Assembly (NCBI GenBank): GCA_965113315.1
Contig: OZ220373.1
Strand: one strand, 5' to 3'
Source: Podarcis vaucheri
Lineage: Eukaryota
Length of the DNA stretch: 64,000 bases
Shown piece after piece: positions 1 to 14,030 of the stretch (position 1 is its first letter; each line of letters begins with the position of its first letter). The notes beneath the pieces are model-generated. The model had not been told where the DNA came from, did no database searches, and was given only the letters and a program-made list of their open reading frames with translations. Position numbers and translations under genes: made by a program.

Positions 1-1220
1 GCCATTTGAGAGCATGCCAAAGACATGGGAAAAATGCAGAAAGCATTCATTTGTCAACAGACATCAAATATCACTGCTGATGGAAATGACCTTTAAAAGC
101 CTGCTCTCCATCAATGTAGTTAATTAAAAGAAACTATATCCACCAAGCTCAAGGGTTCTCGCTTCTTGTTTGCTCTACTCTTTATTGGCTCAGGACAAGA
201 TTTTGCTTCAGTGCTCTTTGTTTATTTTATATACATCCATTCTGTTCACAGATCTCCAAGACTAGTGATGGACCTGTGAACGTGGCAATGTTCAAGGTTT
301 GGCCAGAGTCTCACACATTCAGCTCTCTGGCTGAGAAAATATTTTCCTCCCAAATCAATGGCACACATATTTTCAAAGGAAAATCAATGAAGAATGCTTT
401 CCCCACCCGCCCCTCAAGAAGGGCGGAGGGAACTGTGTTGTACAAATGGAATGAAAAGGGTTTGGTGTGATACTGGGATTCCAAATTCCAAATGCATAAT
501 GACACACGCAGATACAGTCAGACAACAGGACTATTTCTGGGGTCTACACATCATCACCCCATACGCACAGCACTGTCCCCACCTGAGATTCCCAACAACT
601 GGTATTGAAGGACATACTGCCTTCAACAGTGGAGGTAAATAAACACCTACTGGTGCAAGTTGATTTCTGGTTCTCAATCACAAGGAAGAGGATGAAGTTC
701 AACCATCATCCTCAATCTTCCTGCAACACTGAATACACTGAATGAAGTCCAGAATATAGATGGACCCTGAAGGTCAGTTCTGTGCCTTAGCTCCCAACTG
801 AACTTGTTCAGACTAAGAATGCAATTATGCACTTAAATACTACTTTTTAAAAATGCTAGAAATTAGGAGCACAAAGGTAAACCTAATTTGCTCTTAGCTG
901 TTACTGAGAGCAGTTAAGGCTACAACCCTCTGTACGCATACGTGGGGACAAGTCCCACTGAATGCAGCAGTACATAGCCCAAAGAAATGTGTATAGGATC
1001 AGGTCATGTTAAAACCAGAAGGATAAAGCATGTTGTTACTGGATTGCACCCAATGACTGATTTAGAGGTACAATTAGATCATAGGTTGGACCTGTGGTCC
1101 TCCAGAGGCAAACTATTCATTGGCACCAATGAGGTTCTCTCTCTCACATCAGTAAACGCTGCATGACTCATAGACTCATAGAATTGTAGAGATGGAAGGG
1201 TCTTTGAGGATCATCTAGTC

Positions 1221-1845
1221 TATGGTTACCAGATGTCCGCGTTTCCCAGGGAGAGTCCCCGGATTTAAAAATCTGTCCCTGGAATGTTCCCGGATTTCAT
1301 TTAACGTCCCCGGATTTATATTTTAAGTGTTGTAGATTTATTAGTAGGGAATGAATGTTGCATGATTAGTTCAGTGGCACAAGACACATCATATGGGGAC
1401 TTCTGGCGAGGCAAAATGGTGGGCACCACAGCAGCGAGCAGCTCCTGAAGCCAGCCAGAGCCAACTGCACTACCAGGCTGGATCCAGGCTGCTGAGACTG
1501 CCGCTGCCCCTGCCAAGGGGGAACTGGGGACGCCCGGTGCATCAACTGGGGGAACAGCTGATCCCCCCCCATGACCAAATCGAGCCGGGAGTGAGAGCAC
1601 CCAGCCACCCAGCTGACTGCCCAGTGGTGCTCCAGGGCCAGGAAAACCCCGGAGCCGAAACAATGAGAAGGAGAAGGAAGAGAGAAAGAGGAAGAAGAAA
1701 AAAGAGGGGAGCCCCAACCTTGCTGCGCCACTGAGGAGAGGTAGGAGAGCACTGGGAGGGCAAGGACACATGGCCGAGCCCAGGCCCGACTCGAGCCTAC
1801 TCCACAGTAGCTAGCGTTCCAAGAGAACAAGCCGGGCCCCTCAAT
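1221..1845. mobile_element. Second, right-truncated copy of the same hAT element
   Basis: Starts TATGGTTACCAGATGTCC and is collinear with 9142-9770; sits directly after a CR1-type 3' tail at ~1165-1220. Confidence 0.75.
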
Positions 1846-2590
1846 TCTGGAGCCAACACTGTATACATACATAGCTGATTGTTCTCCAGACTGCTCCCCA
1901 ATAGCAAAAAATAAATGGGGTATAAGAGCCTTGGTATAAGAGCTGTAGAGAGAAACTAACTGAAAAGCTCCAATCTAGGTGTTGTTGCTTGCTCACAAGT
2001 AGGTCTCCTTACTGGAACACAGCAAATTTATTCCATATGAACTGGAAATATATATATATCCCATGTTCAGTCCTTCGCATCTCCCAAGTAGGTTTCAGAC
2101 AGGGAAAAGCGCCCTTGTCTGAAACCCTTGAGAGCCCAGAGTAAACAACGCAAAGCTTGAAGGACCAATAGTCTGACTCAGGATGAGTTGTTCCTGTATA
2201 AAGAGGATTACACACACTGGAATCCCTGGCTGCTTCTCGGCAGATATGTTACCATAACATGCCAGCTCCCAGAAACTCAACAGATTGCATCCTTTATGTA
2301 ACATTTCGCTCCTAATACTTTGAAATTCTCCCGATATTGATCTGAGATCCTAATATCCTGCTAAGCCTAAAATTAGAATTCCCCACTGTTCTAAAAAGCC
2401 AGCACAAATCCTTAAAAAATGCTCTCACTAATCCAAGTTTAAAGATGCCAAGGCCAATTTTTCCCTTCTCTGATGATCTCTAGTGGGAATGAAAGGGTAA
2501 TATTTTCAGAAATATTTCAAGGTGAGGTCTCATTGCTCTCATTTAAAAAGCCCACTGACTTAAAAATGAGCCTGGCTAGAAACTGTAGCG

Positions 2591-2621
<31 letters not shown>

Positions 2622-3340
2622 CCCACACCACCACCACCACCCAAATGTAGAAACCAATTTATTTCTGCCTTTTAATCATTCCATTTTTGCCTGCCAATTT
2701 AAGTGAGTCCCTTGCTAATAAAAAGACCATTAAGTCATGTTTTTGCATACAAACCACTAATATATTTTGATCAAATCAAATGCAGACGTCTATTTTATGC
2801 CTATGTTCAGTTACTATTTTTTTCAGATTTTTGGTAATTCTGTTTCTCACTGTACGATTACAGCAATTTAATATGGAGGGCTATCATCTAATAGACCACC
2901 CTTAGCATCAGATTGCTGGCTGTTTTTGTCTGACATAGCTGCTTTTCATCAGAGCTTGCAGTTACCAGCTTTTATTGACTCCATTCCTGCGCTTTTAAAA
3001 GCAGCCGGGCATACAGAAACTAAACAGGTGATAAGAGCAGGGCTAGTAAAAACAAGTGGCAACCACATCTTCTCTTTTTAATATGAACACAAAGGGACAC
3101 TGCACTCTTCATTTTAATTTGCTTATACTTGCAGCAACCCTGTGGTGTAGATTCCTGCAATTTCTGTTTTTACAAATGAGCTCGGTGAAAAGTGATGTAC
3201 AGGAGCACTCAGGCCACTTCCAGATAACTCAGCTATAGAGCATTCATCTCGATTTGTTTGCAGGGAGGTTATACGTGTTGCAGTTTTCATTCCCCACTTT
3301 GCAGTGCATTTTTCCCTCAAAACTTTCCTTACCACAAGAA

Positions 3341-3342
<2 letters not shown>

Positions 3343-3391
<49 letters not shown>
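3343..3391. repeat. (TG)n microsatellite
   Basis: Direct reading; other CA/TG tracts at 2597-2620, 7890-7917 and 20548-20565. Confidence 0.95.
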
Positions 3392-3394
<3 letters not shown>

Positions 3395-3503
3395 ATAGCT
3401 TTGTGGCTCATAAGTACCACATCCACTCTTGTTGCCCAACCTGAATTTGCCAGTATTCAACTGACTCACAGAATTTGTCAACTGAATTTGTCAGTATGCA
3501 ACT

Positions 3504-3843
3504 GGGGACGCGGGTGGCGCTGTGGATTAAACCACTGAGCCTAGGACTTGCCGATCAGAAGGTCGGCGGTTCGAATCCCTGCGACGGGGTGAGCTCCCAT
3601 TGCTGGGTCCCTGCTCCTGCCAACCTAGCAGTTTGAAAGCACGTCAAAGTGCAAGTAGATAAATAGGTAACGCTCTGGCGGGAAGGTAAACAGCGTTTCT
3701 GTGTGCTGCTCTGGTTTGCCAGAAGCGGCTTGGTCATGCTGGCCACATGATCCGGAAGCTGTACGCCGGCTCCCTCGGCCAATAAAGCGAGATGAGTCTG
3801 TCACGACTGGACCTAATGGTCAGGGGTCCCTTTACCTTTACCT
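3504..3843 (+). mobile_element. Sauria SINE
   Basis: GGGGACGCGGGTGGCGCTGTGG head, B-box GGTTCGAATCC, (ACCTTT)n tail. Confidence 0.9.
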
Positions 3844-6800
3844 AACTGACTCACACCTGCAAAACAGCAACAACAGCCCATGGCACAGCCCATTGCTCTT
3901 ATTTATCTTTTATTCAGTGTATCTTCCTTAATATTTAGTTATTTAATGTATTTGAATCCTGCCTTTCTCCCACGCTGGAATTCAAGTTGGGATTCCAGCA
4001 TTTAGAAACATAGAATACAAACTAAGAAAAACAAACTAGTTAAAAACAATAGTTAAAATATATCAAAACACATTTAGAACCAGCAACTAAAACACAGTTT
4101 GTCCTGACAGCTGCCCCATAATCAGCAATGTCTGCCCCTTAGTTTTCAAAGACCTGTCTGAATAGGATGGTCATTGCTTGCTTGTGGAAGGATAACAAAG
4201 AGGCAGTCAATCTAACCTCTCTTTAGAGGGAATGCCACAATATGGGAGCAGCCACAGAAAAGGCTCCGTCTCATGTCACCACCAGCTCTGCTTCTGAAGT
4301 TGATGGGACCGAGAGAAGGTGCTCACCTGAGGATCTTAGCACCTAGGCAGGTTCATATAGGGAAATATTATCTTTCAGGCAGTCTGGGACCAAGCCATTT
4401 TCCTTATTGCTTTTAAAAATCCCATTATTTATACCTACTGTTGCACTTATTATTCACACTGCAGTGGGAGAGAGGGATCTTGTAAAAATGTATGCAGCAT
4501 ACAGATTCTGTGACCAATACTTCAAGGAACTTAAAATCTGGATGTTTTCAAGAAGAGATTTACTCTTGGGGATAGAAAATTCTTACTTTCTAAAGTAATA
4601 ATAGCAACAATTCATCTCCATCCAAAAAACAATATTCAGCTCACTCCTAACACTGGTTATGGATGGAACTTAGTGCAATTTACAAGTATTTTCAACTGTA
4701 TGAAGAACCTATTTTTCTTTATACAGCATCAACCTCAGTTAGGGATTATTGTTAAGACATCATTCCCTGACTGTTACAGCACTGCTCCCAAGTAACTGTT
4801 ATTGCAATACATTACATGGGTTGTTGCAAGCGACAGCCATATAACCATTATGTAAAATGTCATCTGTAAATAGCCAGGGCAATAAATTACAACTATTTGC
4901 CTTAATTAGACCCGGATAAGATCTGACCATATGATAGCTTCCATTATACATCTCCAGGCACAGGGCAGGACACAGCTACAAATGTCATACACCAATAGGC
5001 TGGAGCTCAGCCAGGTTTTTAAAACACACACAATGACCAATGACAGCACACTGTGCTTTTGGTCTGGGACATTAGAGGACGAGCCATCTGTCAAAACGAA
5101 GCACAGATGTTCAAGTATCAGCCCAAGCTAAGTTAATACATCGTGCATGGCATTTTGTTCAGGGAGGGGGAGATGAAAGGATTAAATACCCTAAGCGTCA
5201 CTGTATCTTTTTTAAAAAGTGAATCCATACAGTTTAGGCTTCCATGTCCTTCAGTGAGTGATGGGCTTAGTCAATTCAGGTTCTTGGTACAGGTATATTT
5301 CACATTAACAAGAGTGTGCAGAATATATTTCTTTCTCTTGGGAATCTCAAATCATTTAGTGACTGACTTGTCTAGAACTATCTGCTTCTTATATAGCTTC
5401 TGCATAGAAATGCCAGAGAATTCCAACAGAAACAGAAGTGGAAATTGATGGTGTTCACTTACTCTTCCCATGTCTCGAATGGAAATCAAACCAGTGAATA
5501 GTGATAATGAGTATTCACTGGTGTGTGTGTTCAGTTAGCAAATGATATGTAATTGATTATGGGAGCTTTCCTACTTAAAATGCATTTCCTGAATGGCCTT
5601 TGCATTGAAATTGTGTGGAAAGAATTACATCTTTAAACATGTTAAATTCATAAGTTAGGTAAGCTATATAAATAAACATGTACATTTTAGAATAACTTAG
5701 TATTTGCTGCAAAACAAACTGCATGGGAACTTTTCTCTGCCAACAGGGTGCCCACCTACTTGGCATGAGACTGCTAGCTCTAAGTGACATATGTACACTT
5801 TGCACTGGGTATTAATTTTTTGGTTTTAAAACAATTTAAGTTTAACAAGACAGCAAAGTTCAAAAGGTCAATTTCCAAAATCCCATGGTCCTTTCTCCTG
5901 AATATCAATGGAAAGGATTTATCTGGGCTTTTCTAGAAGTGACTGTAACCATGGCAAATTGCATAATTTTCGTAACGAAGGTTACCGTGTGTTAATTAAT
6001 TAATTCACGGTTAATGTTAAACCTGCAGACAGACACAAGAGATAGTTCTATATCAAACATGGTCATAGCTTCAAAATTTAAAAATAAAAAGAGAACCATT
6101 AAATTCTAAAACAGGTCTTGGCAGAAGCTGGGAAACAGGCTTACTTGAATTTTTAAGAAAAAAATATAGTTGAGTAGACTAGTACATTAGACTGAGGACA
6201 CTACAATTAAATCAGTAATCAAACAATGCAAAACTGTATTTGCAAGGTATGGTACCACCAAAGAGACTGTGAGCGACAAAATCCTTCAATTCCCCCCCCC
6301 CCCCCGCACTGCATCAAGTTCATAATTTCCTCAGTGAAGTGGCATGGCAGAAAAAGCAATCCAAAACACAGAATCATAGAAAAGAAATCTGACAGAGAGG
6401 AAATCTGAACTGGCCAACACAGACCCAAATCTGACTCCACTAGATACCAGTCCACCTGCAGGACTTTTAATAGGGAACACTTTTCTATCTCAGCACTATT
6501 ATTACAACTAGAACTGATAACGGGAAATATTATAGCATTTCAGCTCCCAAGTTTATCAATATGTTATCAATGAGCACAGCCACACTGATCAGCCTCATCC
6601 CTGATCCTGCATGTGCAAATATAGCACTGTAGCCTAGAAGCCCTCATGCATATAGTTATTTGTGCAAAGGCTTCCATAAAAACCTGTGGGAAAACAGTAT
6701 CCATGTTGTACATTTCTAGCATTCAAAGCACTGCAACACACATTGGCCTGGCCTGCAGGTAACACAAAACCAAACGATGGCTTGGTGTGCCTGCTAAGCT

Positions 6801-7884
6801 CCTCTCACACCTGTAACGTCACTTCTCAAAGTGAGGGAAACATCAGGAGGCCCTGAGCTGGACCTCAGTGTCTGGGCTGAACGATGCAGTGACACGCCTT
6901 CAGGTATACAAGGCCAAAGCCACTTAGGGCTTTGGGAGATAACCCATGAGCCCAGGTTCTGATGCAATATTGAGCCAAATCATGGCTCATCTCCTGGCAG
7001 CACTGCAACAGAATTGAGTGAAAGGAGCAAATCAGCCACAATTTTCTCGGTGTGCACCAGCCTACTTGTTCTTTCACACTAAGCCATGGGTTTGACTTAG
7101 TGTTATGTGTGAAGGAGGCAATTACAGTGGTACCTTGGGTTACAGACGCTTCAGGTTACAGACTCCACTAACCCAAAAATAGTACCTCGGGTTAAGAACT
7201 TTGCTTCAGGATGAGAACAGAAACTGTGTGGCGGTGGCATGGTGGCAGTGGGAGGCCCCATTAGCTAAAGTGGTGCTTCAGGTTAAGAACAGTTTCAGGT
7301 TAAGAACGGGGCTTCTTTTACCTTTAATAAGTCTGAGCTGTGGTGTGTTGGAAATTAATCACTGCAAGCTGCTTACATTGTGGTATTGTTTATCACATTT
7401 TTATCCCTGCCCTTCTTCCAAGGAGATTGGAAACAACAACAAAGGTTTCCCTCTACCACCTCCCCGCCATTTTATCCTCACAATTACCCTGTGAGGCTGA
7501 GAGATTATGATACCTCAGAGTCATGCAATGAGCTTTGTGGCTAAGTGAGGATTGAAACCCAGACTGTTGTCGCCACGCTAACACCACCACCACAATGGCT
7601 GTCTTCATCATAGCATGGGATACCTAATTGCAGCCAATGTGAAAGTTTCAAAACAAGAGCCTTGTGTTTCTCCAAGACGGCTTTGGATAGATCCAGAAAT
7701 AGCTTTAATAGCACTATATCATGAAATATGACAAAACATTTTCTTTATACAATAAATTGTTTATATCAAAGCAGGGAAAATACAGCCAGCTATTTTTCTG
7801 GCAGAGAAGAGACTGTCCTGAGAAAGTATACTCCCCAAAGCAGAAAGAGATAAACAAAAAAGCAGATACATTTGTGATTAATCT

Positions 7885-7920
<36 letters not shown>

Positions 7921-9141
7921 CAAAGAAAGCGTTAAGCTGCAAAGAGATGAAAGAGGATTCAAGAGAAAGAGATCGCTGAGCTCATTTGAAGCAAATGACG
8001 CTGAATTTTCTCCAGATAAAAAGCAGGCCTAAGTGGAAACTCTTAAGGCAGATATACATACCTCAAGCCTTTATTTCAAACCAAGTGTTGGTTTACAGGA
8101 TAGTATTTCATAGGATTTTGCTTTACCCGCACTATAGAGTTTGTAATACATTTATAAACAGCCCTCCAGCTTAATAAAACTTCCAGATCAGATATCAAAT
8201 ACAGAAACTTTCCGTCCCTTTTTCCTTTTGTGTTGGGCCTTTCAGATGGCAAGGCTGATGCCAGGAACTATCTGGTCATCTATAAACCACCCTAGAAATT
8301 TTTTTCAGCCAAAGGGTAGAATTAAAAAACCAGCTTCGGTGGCACATGCTAGAAGGCTGGAGGCCTACACAAATAAAAAGTTATTTACCTTGAATAAAAA
8401 ACGTGCACCAAATTTGGCACTTGGGGGAGTATCACACAGGCGGGATACCATAGCTGAAAAATGGCAGGGTCATGTGACAATTGCAGAGCTGTTATGCCTG
8501 CAAACCTAAGACATTGCATACGCTGCATTCTATTAAGATGGACCATCATCAGAGCCCGTCACCACAGGTGGAAAGCCTGGAACAGCAGAGCAAGCAACAG
8601 GGCAAAAAGTTAGCTTTGACCAAAGCGTTGAGTACAATCCTCAAACCCACCAAGAGGCACGTAATAAGCAATGCAGGCACCCATATGCCTTTCACTCCTC
8701 CAGTTCATCCAGAGCAGGCTTCCTCCATCTCGGCCCTCCAGATGTTTTTTGGCCTACAACTCCCATGATCCCTAGCTAGCAGGACCACTGGTCAGAGATG
8801 ATGGGAATTGTAGTCTCAAAACATCTGGAGGGCTGAGGTTGAGGAAGCCAGATCCAGAGCAATGCCTAGAAACCCCATTTGAGACCAAGTCCAAGAAGCA
8901 AACTTCCAATGACTGCATACCCCCCAAAAGTATAATTTATTCCTATACCTGTTTAAACAAGCACTGGCAAAGAAAAGGGGTGCAGTAGGTGAAGCCTTCC
9001 CCGGCTGTCATCCCTGAGGGGGGTGACATTGCCATGCCACCCCCTGGGATGCTTACTGTGGGCGGCGCTCCCCTAGCAGTCTCGCCAAGCCCCCACCGGT
9101 GCACAGCATGTGCGCCACTCCGGGTGCCGGAGCAGCTAGTT

Positions 9142-9930
9142 TATGGTTACCAGACGTCCCCATTTCCTGGGGAGAGTCCCTGGATTTAAAAATCTGTCCC
9201 CGGAGAAAATCCATCCCCAGGATGTCTGTGGATTTCATTTGACGTCCCTGGATTTTTATTTTAAATGTTGCAGATTTATTAGTAGGGAATGAATGTTGCG
9301 TGATTGGTTCAACGGCACAAGACACATCATATGGGGACTTCCAGCGAGGCAAAATGGCGGGCGCCACAGCAGCAGGCAACTCCTGAAGCCAGCCAGAGCC
9401 AACTACACTACCAGGCTGGCTCTGGGCTGCTGAGACTGCCACTGCTATTGCTGAAAGGGAACCAGGGATGCCCAGCATGCCAACTGGGGTAACCTTTGAC
9501 CCCCCGCCCCATGACCCAAATCGAGCCGGGAGCGAGAGCGCCTGGCCACCCAGTCGACTGCCCAGCGGTACTCTGGGGCCAGGAGAACCCTGGAGCCAAC
9601 GCAGGGAGAAGGAGAAGGAAGGAGAGAAAAGAGGGGAGCCCTGACCTTGCCGCTGCCGCCTATGAGGGGAGGTAGAAGAGCACCGGGAGGACAAGGACAT
9701 GTGGCCGAGCCCAGGCCCGACCTGAGCCTACTCCATGGCAGCTAGCACTCCAAGAGAGCAGGCTGGGGCCCAGAGGAAGGCCATGCAACAGAGGAGACCA
9801 CAGAAGAGAAGATGTGACTTCTTTTTTTAAAAAAAAAACAACTTTTAAAAAATAACTTGTTCTCTCTCTCTTCTTCTTCTTTTTTTTTTAAGTGTCCCTG
9901 GATTCTTTGAAAAAAAATCTGGTAACCTTA
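9142..9930. mobile_element. Non-autonomous hAT (Blackjack/Tip100-like termini) DNA transposon with GC-rich interior
   Basis: TIRs TATGGTTACCAGA / TCTGGTAACCTTA; degenerate 8-bp TSD AGCTAGTT/AGCTAACT; subterminal TCCC(C/T)GGA repeats. Confidence 0.78.
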
Positions 9931-10719
9931 AGCTAACTCCACCTCTGTGAACAAGAATTGTTTCTGTGGCAGGCTAGCAATAACTGCTTGGGGAAGAGGT
10001 TGCAAAATGGTTCAACAGGTTGAATAGGAAGCACTGTAGCAATGAAAGATAGATTTCAGTGTCTGTGTGACCAGAAACATTCCCTGCAAAAACTTTCCAA
10101 AACAGTCTCTGTCCGAGTATCTATTTTCTAACCAGTAAAGTGTCACACTCACATTGCCAATGTTTATAAGTGCTGCGAACATGACCCTAAACATGCTAAT
10201 GATGGAAAAAGCATTAGATTTTCTACTTTGCCTTGAAGAGAGACACTAGAGATGCTTTTTAAAAAGAACCTCATTTATCCAAGCCCAATTATCTAGTCTA
10301 GTATCCCAAAAGGCCTCTGCAGTTGGCAGTCCAGATGTGGATACACAGTACATAGCCAAACCCATAGCTATGTATGCAACAAAGTTCAAATCACGAAAGG
10401 GATACCATGAATGAACCAAAGCGTGGTTTTGCATTCCTCCCTTCTTTGAACATTTGGAAGCTCCAACAGAGCTTTATGGGGCCAGTTTTTTCTTCTAAAG
10501 CAGCATTATTCTACTTTAATCAGCCATGGCTTCCCCCCCCCCAAAAAAAAAATCTGGGGCAGTTTAGTTTCTTAAGGGCCCTGAAAGTTGTCAGGAGGTG
10601 CCTGACAATTCTCAGAGCTACAATTCTCAGAGTGGTTTAACAACCAATCCCTCTTTCCTAAGAAACTCTGGGAAACAAAGGTATATTCATTGCTTTATCT
10701 GGTTCTATTTGCAGGTGTC

Positions 10720-11520
10720 TGATCAGGATAGCAACTGAGGAACTTGAAGGCACTGTATTGTGGTGGCTCTGCTCCTACCTATGAGGTCATTACTAGAAAA
10801 CAGCACTAGGTGAATATTGCTCAAACATGTGGTTTTTGAGTTGTGGGGCCCCCACAAGCACCCGTTCTGCCTCCTGTGCTATTCAACATCTATGTGAAAC
10901 TGCTGGGAGCTGTCGTCCAGGGATCTGGAGCATGGTGTTGTCCAGCACTGCCCAAGACTTTTTGGGGGAAGCCAGGTTGTCAATATACTGATGACACACA
11001 GCTCTATCTCTCCATTCCATCTGACTCAGGAGAGACTGTGCAGGTGTTGGGCCAATGTCTGGAAGCAGTGAAGGATTGGATATAGCCAATAAGGCTGAAC
11101 CTTGATATGATGGAGGTGCCCTGGCTGGAGGGAATTAAGTGAACAACCTGTTCTGGGCGGGGCGCCACTGCCAGGAGCTGACAGGTGAGAGGACTTTCTC
11201 AGGGATGGTTCCCTGTTTGTGGAATGTCCTCCCTGGTGGGATAGGCCTGTTTCCCTCACTAATTTTTAGGAAGAAACATTCCTGTTCACCTAGGTATTTA
11301 GGTGGCTGAAAGAGACTGTTCCCGGCTATCTTAAATTTATTAACTGTGATGCAATTATTTGACATGCTTTTAGGTGTTCTTAATGCCTTTAAATGTTTTC
11401 GGATTTTTAAAAATTCTTTAAAAATGGTCTAAACATGTTTTGAATAGCATTTTCCACCTGTTTGCTATGCTGGGCTCCTTTGGGAGAAAGAGCGGGACAG
11501 AAATTCAATAAATAGATAAA
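10720..11520 (+). mobile_element. Degenerate L2-type LINE fragment (reverse transcriptase region and 3' end)
   Basis: ORF 10843..11085 has RT motifs PQ...LFNIYVKLLG...QYTDDTQLY. Confidence 0.75.
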
Positions 11521-12948
11521 TTTCCTAGAAAGGGTAAAATGCAAAAGGCACCATGCTATGATCCAATGATCTAGATAAGCCCTAAAAGCATCAGTCATGG
11601 TGCAGGCTTGGCTGATTCACAGCCCATGTTGATAGCATCTATCTGCAAAGCTCGTTTCACTGCCATTGCAAACTCTCTAATGACAGAGTTACAGGCGTAG
11701 CTTCATAAACGGCTGCATTAGCTATCTTGAAGGCATGCAGAATAGTTTGTATATATTGTAACCCATCTAATAAAAACTGGGTCACGTCTGCCGCGCTCTC
11801 CCTCCCCTCTTGATACATTCATGCTGAAAACTGCCCCATGCATCTGTCTCTTGGAAGTGGAGGACTAAATGTAACATTTTGGACAACAAAAAATGTGCAA
11901 AGGAAATACAAAGCAATGCAAGCAACGCATCATACCAGGAAACGAAGTTCGTCCGAAGGGTCAAAAACATTTAGCACAAATCTTACTCAATTACGGACTC
12001 TTGAAATGCAAAGAGAGAACTAAAACTTCTTCAACCATTTACAGTCATCAAAGCAGAAGGACTGAAGTAGATATATCTGCTAACCTGGGAACACAGGAAT
12101 TCAAGTTGCAGACTACATTTTCTGTTCCACCAATGTACTGGGGGAGGTGTTTGTGGAAAGGGAGAGAATCACTAATCAAGAAACTGCCCGGACTCTAATC
12201 TATGCTAAAAGAAAGTTCCACAGTTGCAACACAAACAGACACTTTCCCTGTTTTAAAAATTCCTAGAAAGCATTATGAATATTGGTTTCTCTTAGACAGT
12301 AATGGTTGTGAGAACATGACACACTAGTGGTTTCCATACAAAATTCCGTAAAATAATAACTGCAATAATAGCATGGCCCAACTATATTTGCCACAAGTAG
12401 AGATGGAGGACAAAATTGATTTTGTTTGCATTTTAATGAAAAACTACCAGGTTTGCACTTCTCGAATGAACATGTGAACCAAGAAACAGCCTCCAAATAC
12501 ACCTTAGAGAACTGAAATTGCCCAGTTTGTCCATGCCTAGCCAACAACAACAAAAAACAACAACCCCAGACCACTTTCTGTTCTACTGTTTGGAAGGGAA
12601 GCCAAATGCCTGTGCATCATCTTAAAATCTCTGCAGCACATGGCAATATTCAAAAGCCAATACAGGAATCCATGGGATACTTTCATTAAAGTGCAAGGCA
12701 CTCTTAAGCATGGTTTATAAAGAAGTGAGCCCCATTGTATTCTGTTAGACTTACTACCTTGTAAACATGATTGCGACTTCAGACATATACTGAAAATCCC
12801 AAGCAGCAGTTTCCATAGTTTTTTAATTGTTATTTTAAGTTCCTCCTAATTTATTACTTAAAATCAGGCTGATCACTATACTAGGTATCATACAGAAGTT
12901 AAGAGGCATGGCCTCACTTGCGGGTTTACAATGAAATAATTGGTTCTA

Positions 12949-13163
12949 CAGTGGTACCTCGGGTTAATAATTTAATTCCTTCAGGAGGTCCGTTCATAAC
13001 CTGAAACTGTTCTTAACCTGAGGTACCACTTTAGCTAATGGGGCCTCCTGCTGCCGCCACGCGATTTCTGTTCTCATCCTGAAGCAAAATTCTTCACCCA
13101 AAGTACTATTTCTGGGTTAGCAGAGTCTGTAACCTGAAGCATCTGTAACCCGAGGTACCATTG
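12949..13163. mobile_element. Tc1/mariner (Tigger-like) MITE
   Basis: TA-flanked TIRs CAGTGGTACCTCGGGTTA / TAACCCGAGGTACCATTG; related copies at ~7124-7310, 25834-26074, 52535-52761, 57780-57857 and 62009-62221. Confidence 0.82.
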
Positions 13164-13829
13164 TATCTAAAAGCCTTGCAGTCTGCTCCTCAGAAGTAAG
13201 TTCAATGGAACTTAGCCACAAGGAGGAGCGCATAAAATTGCAGCTCAAATTCTGAAGTGCTCGTGGCATTTAGTTTTCTATAAAAAGGGGCGAGCACAAA
13301 GTAGCGTTTCAATAAAAAAAAGTTGCTTAAGGCTTCGCCATGAGCTGGTAAAGACTATATATTTAAAAGAAGAAACTTGGGAGGGGGGGTGTTTATTGTG
13401 GCTTTCTAAAAATCATTCGGTGTCTGGAGCCCTCTCCACAGTAATCTCATTGAGCGCTCATAAAGAAAAAGGAAATACAGTTCCTTCCTAACACATACTT
13501 TATGTGTCTTCGATCCAAAGCAGCATCTGCATAGAAAAGTCACAAATACTGCAATCTCATCCCTTTCTAATAAGTGAAAGAGAGCACAGACATAGAATCA
13601 AACACGGCATCATTTCCAAAATAAATACAGCAGTGGATTGCAGTTCAACTGCACACAGTAGACAGACTTAACTCTCTAGGGACTGAGAAGCGCAAAGTTA
13701 ATTCAGAGGCAACGCAGTCCCTCAGCCACTAAAGTTGTCCCTTATGCTAATGTGGTATTGCCCAATTACAGGAGCTCTTGCTTAAAGTGTGCAATTAACA
13801 CAAGGGTTTAAGAAATCAGAGTTACTCAC

Positions 13830-13992
13830 AGAGTCGCCCTGGAGATGCAACAGCCAGCTTTTCTTACGACAGGAAATTCCAGTGCAACATCATGTACGAT
13901 GCAGAACCGACAGGCATGGAGTCAGGAACAGACGGGCCCCTGGGATTACGGCAGTCCCAAGACGCGTGCTAGTGCATGCCGAACTATAATTT
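13830..13992 (-). other. PDE4D: Putative non-coding first exon of a long PDE4D transcript (PDE4D7-type 5' UTR exon)
   Basis: Strong donor GTGAGT on the minus strand at 13824-13829. Blocks of the exon (AATTATAG..AGCACGCGTC; GTTCCTGACTCCATGC; TTCCTGTCGTAAG..AGCTG..TTGCATCTCCAG) resemble my recollection of the human PDE4D7 5' end, and DEPDC1B-PDE4D synteny is in the same orientation. Similarity is recalled, not aligned. Confidence 0.6.
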
Positions 13993-14030
13993 ATGAAACA
14001 GAGCTCGTTTAATCAGCCAATCGGTTGGCT
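13984..14030 (-). promoter_or_regulatory. Candidate promoter: AT-rich TATA-like element plus quasi-palindromic CCAAT element
   Basis: CATAAATTATAG (minus, 13984-13995) and AGCCAATCGGTTGGCT (14015-14030) at and just upstream of the 5' edge of the putative first exon. Confidence 0.45.

Noticed and set aside
9053-9700. 215-aa minus-strand ORF, with similar ORFs at 1316-1872
   Set aside because: Frames are not preserved between the two hAT copies and there is no transposase motif; explained by GC-rich sequence.
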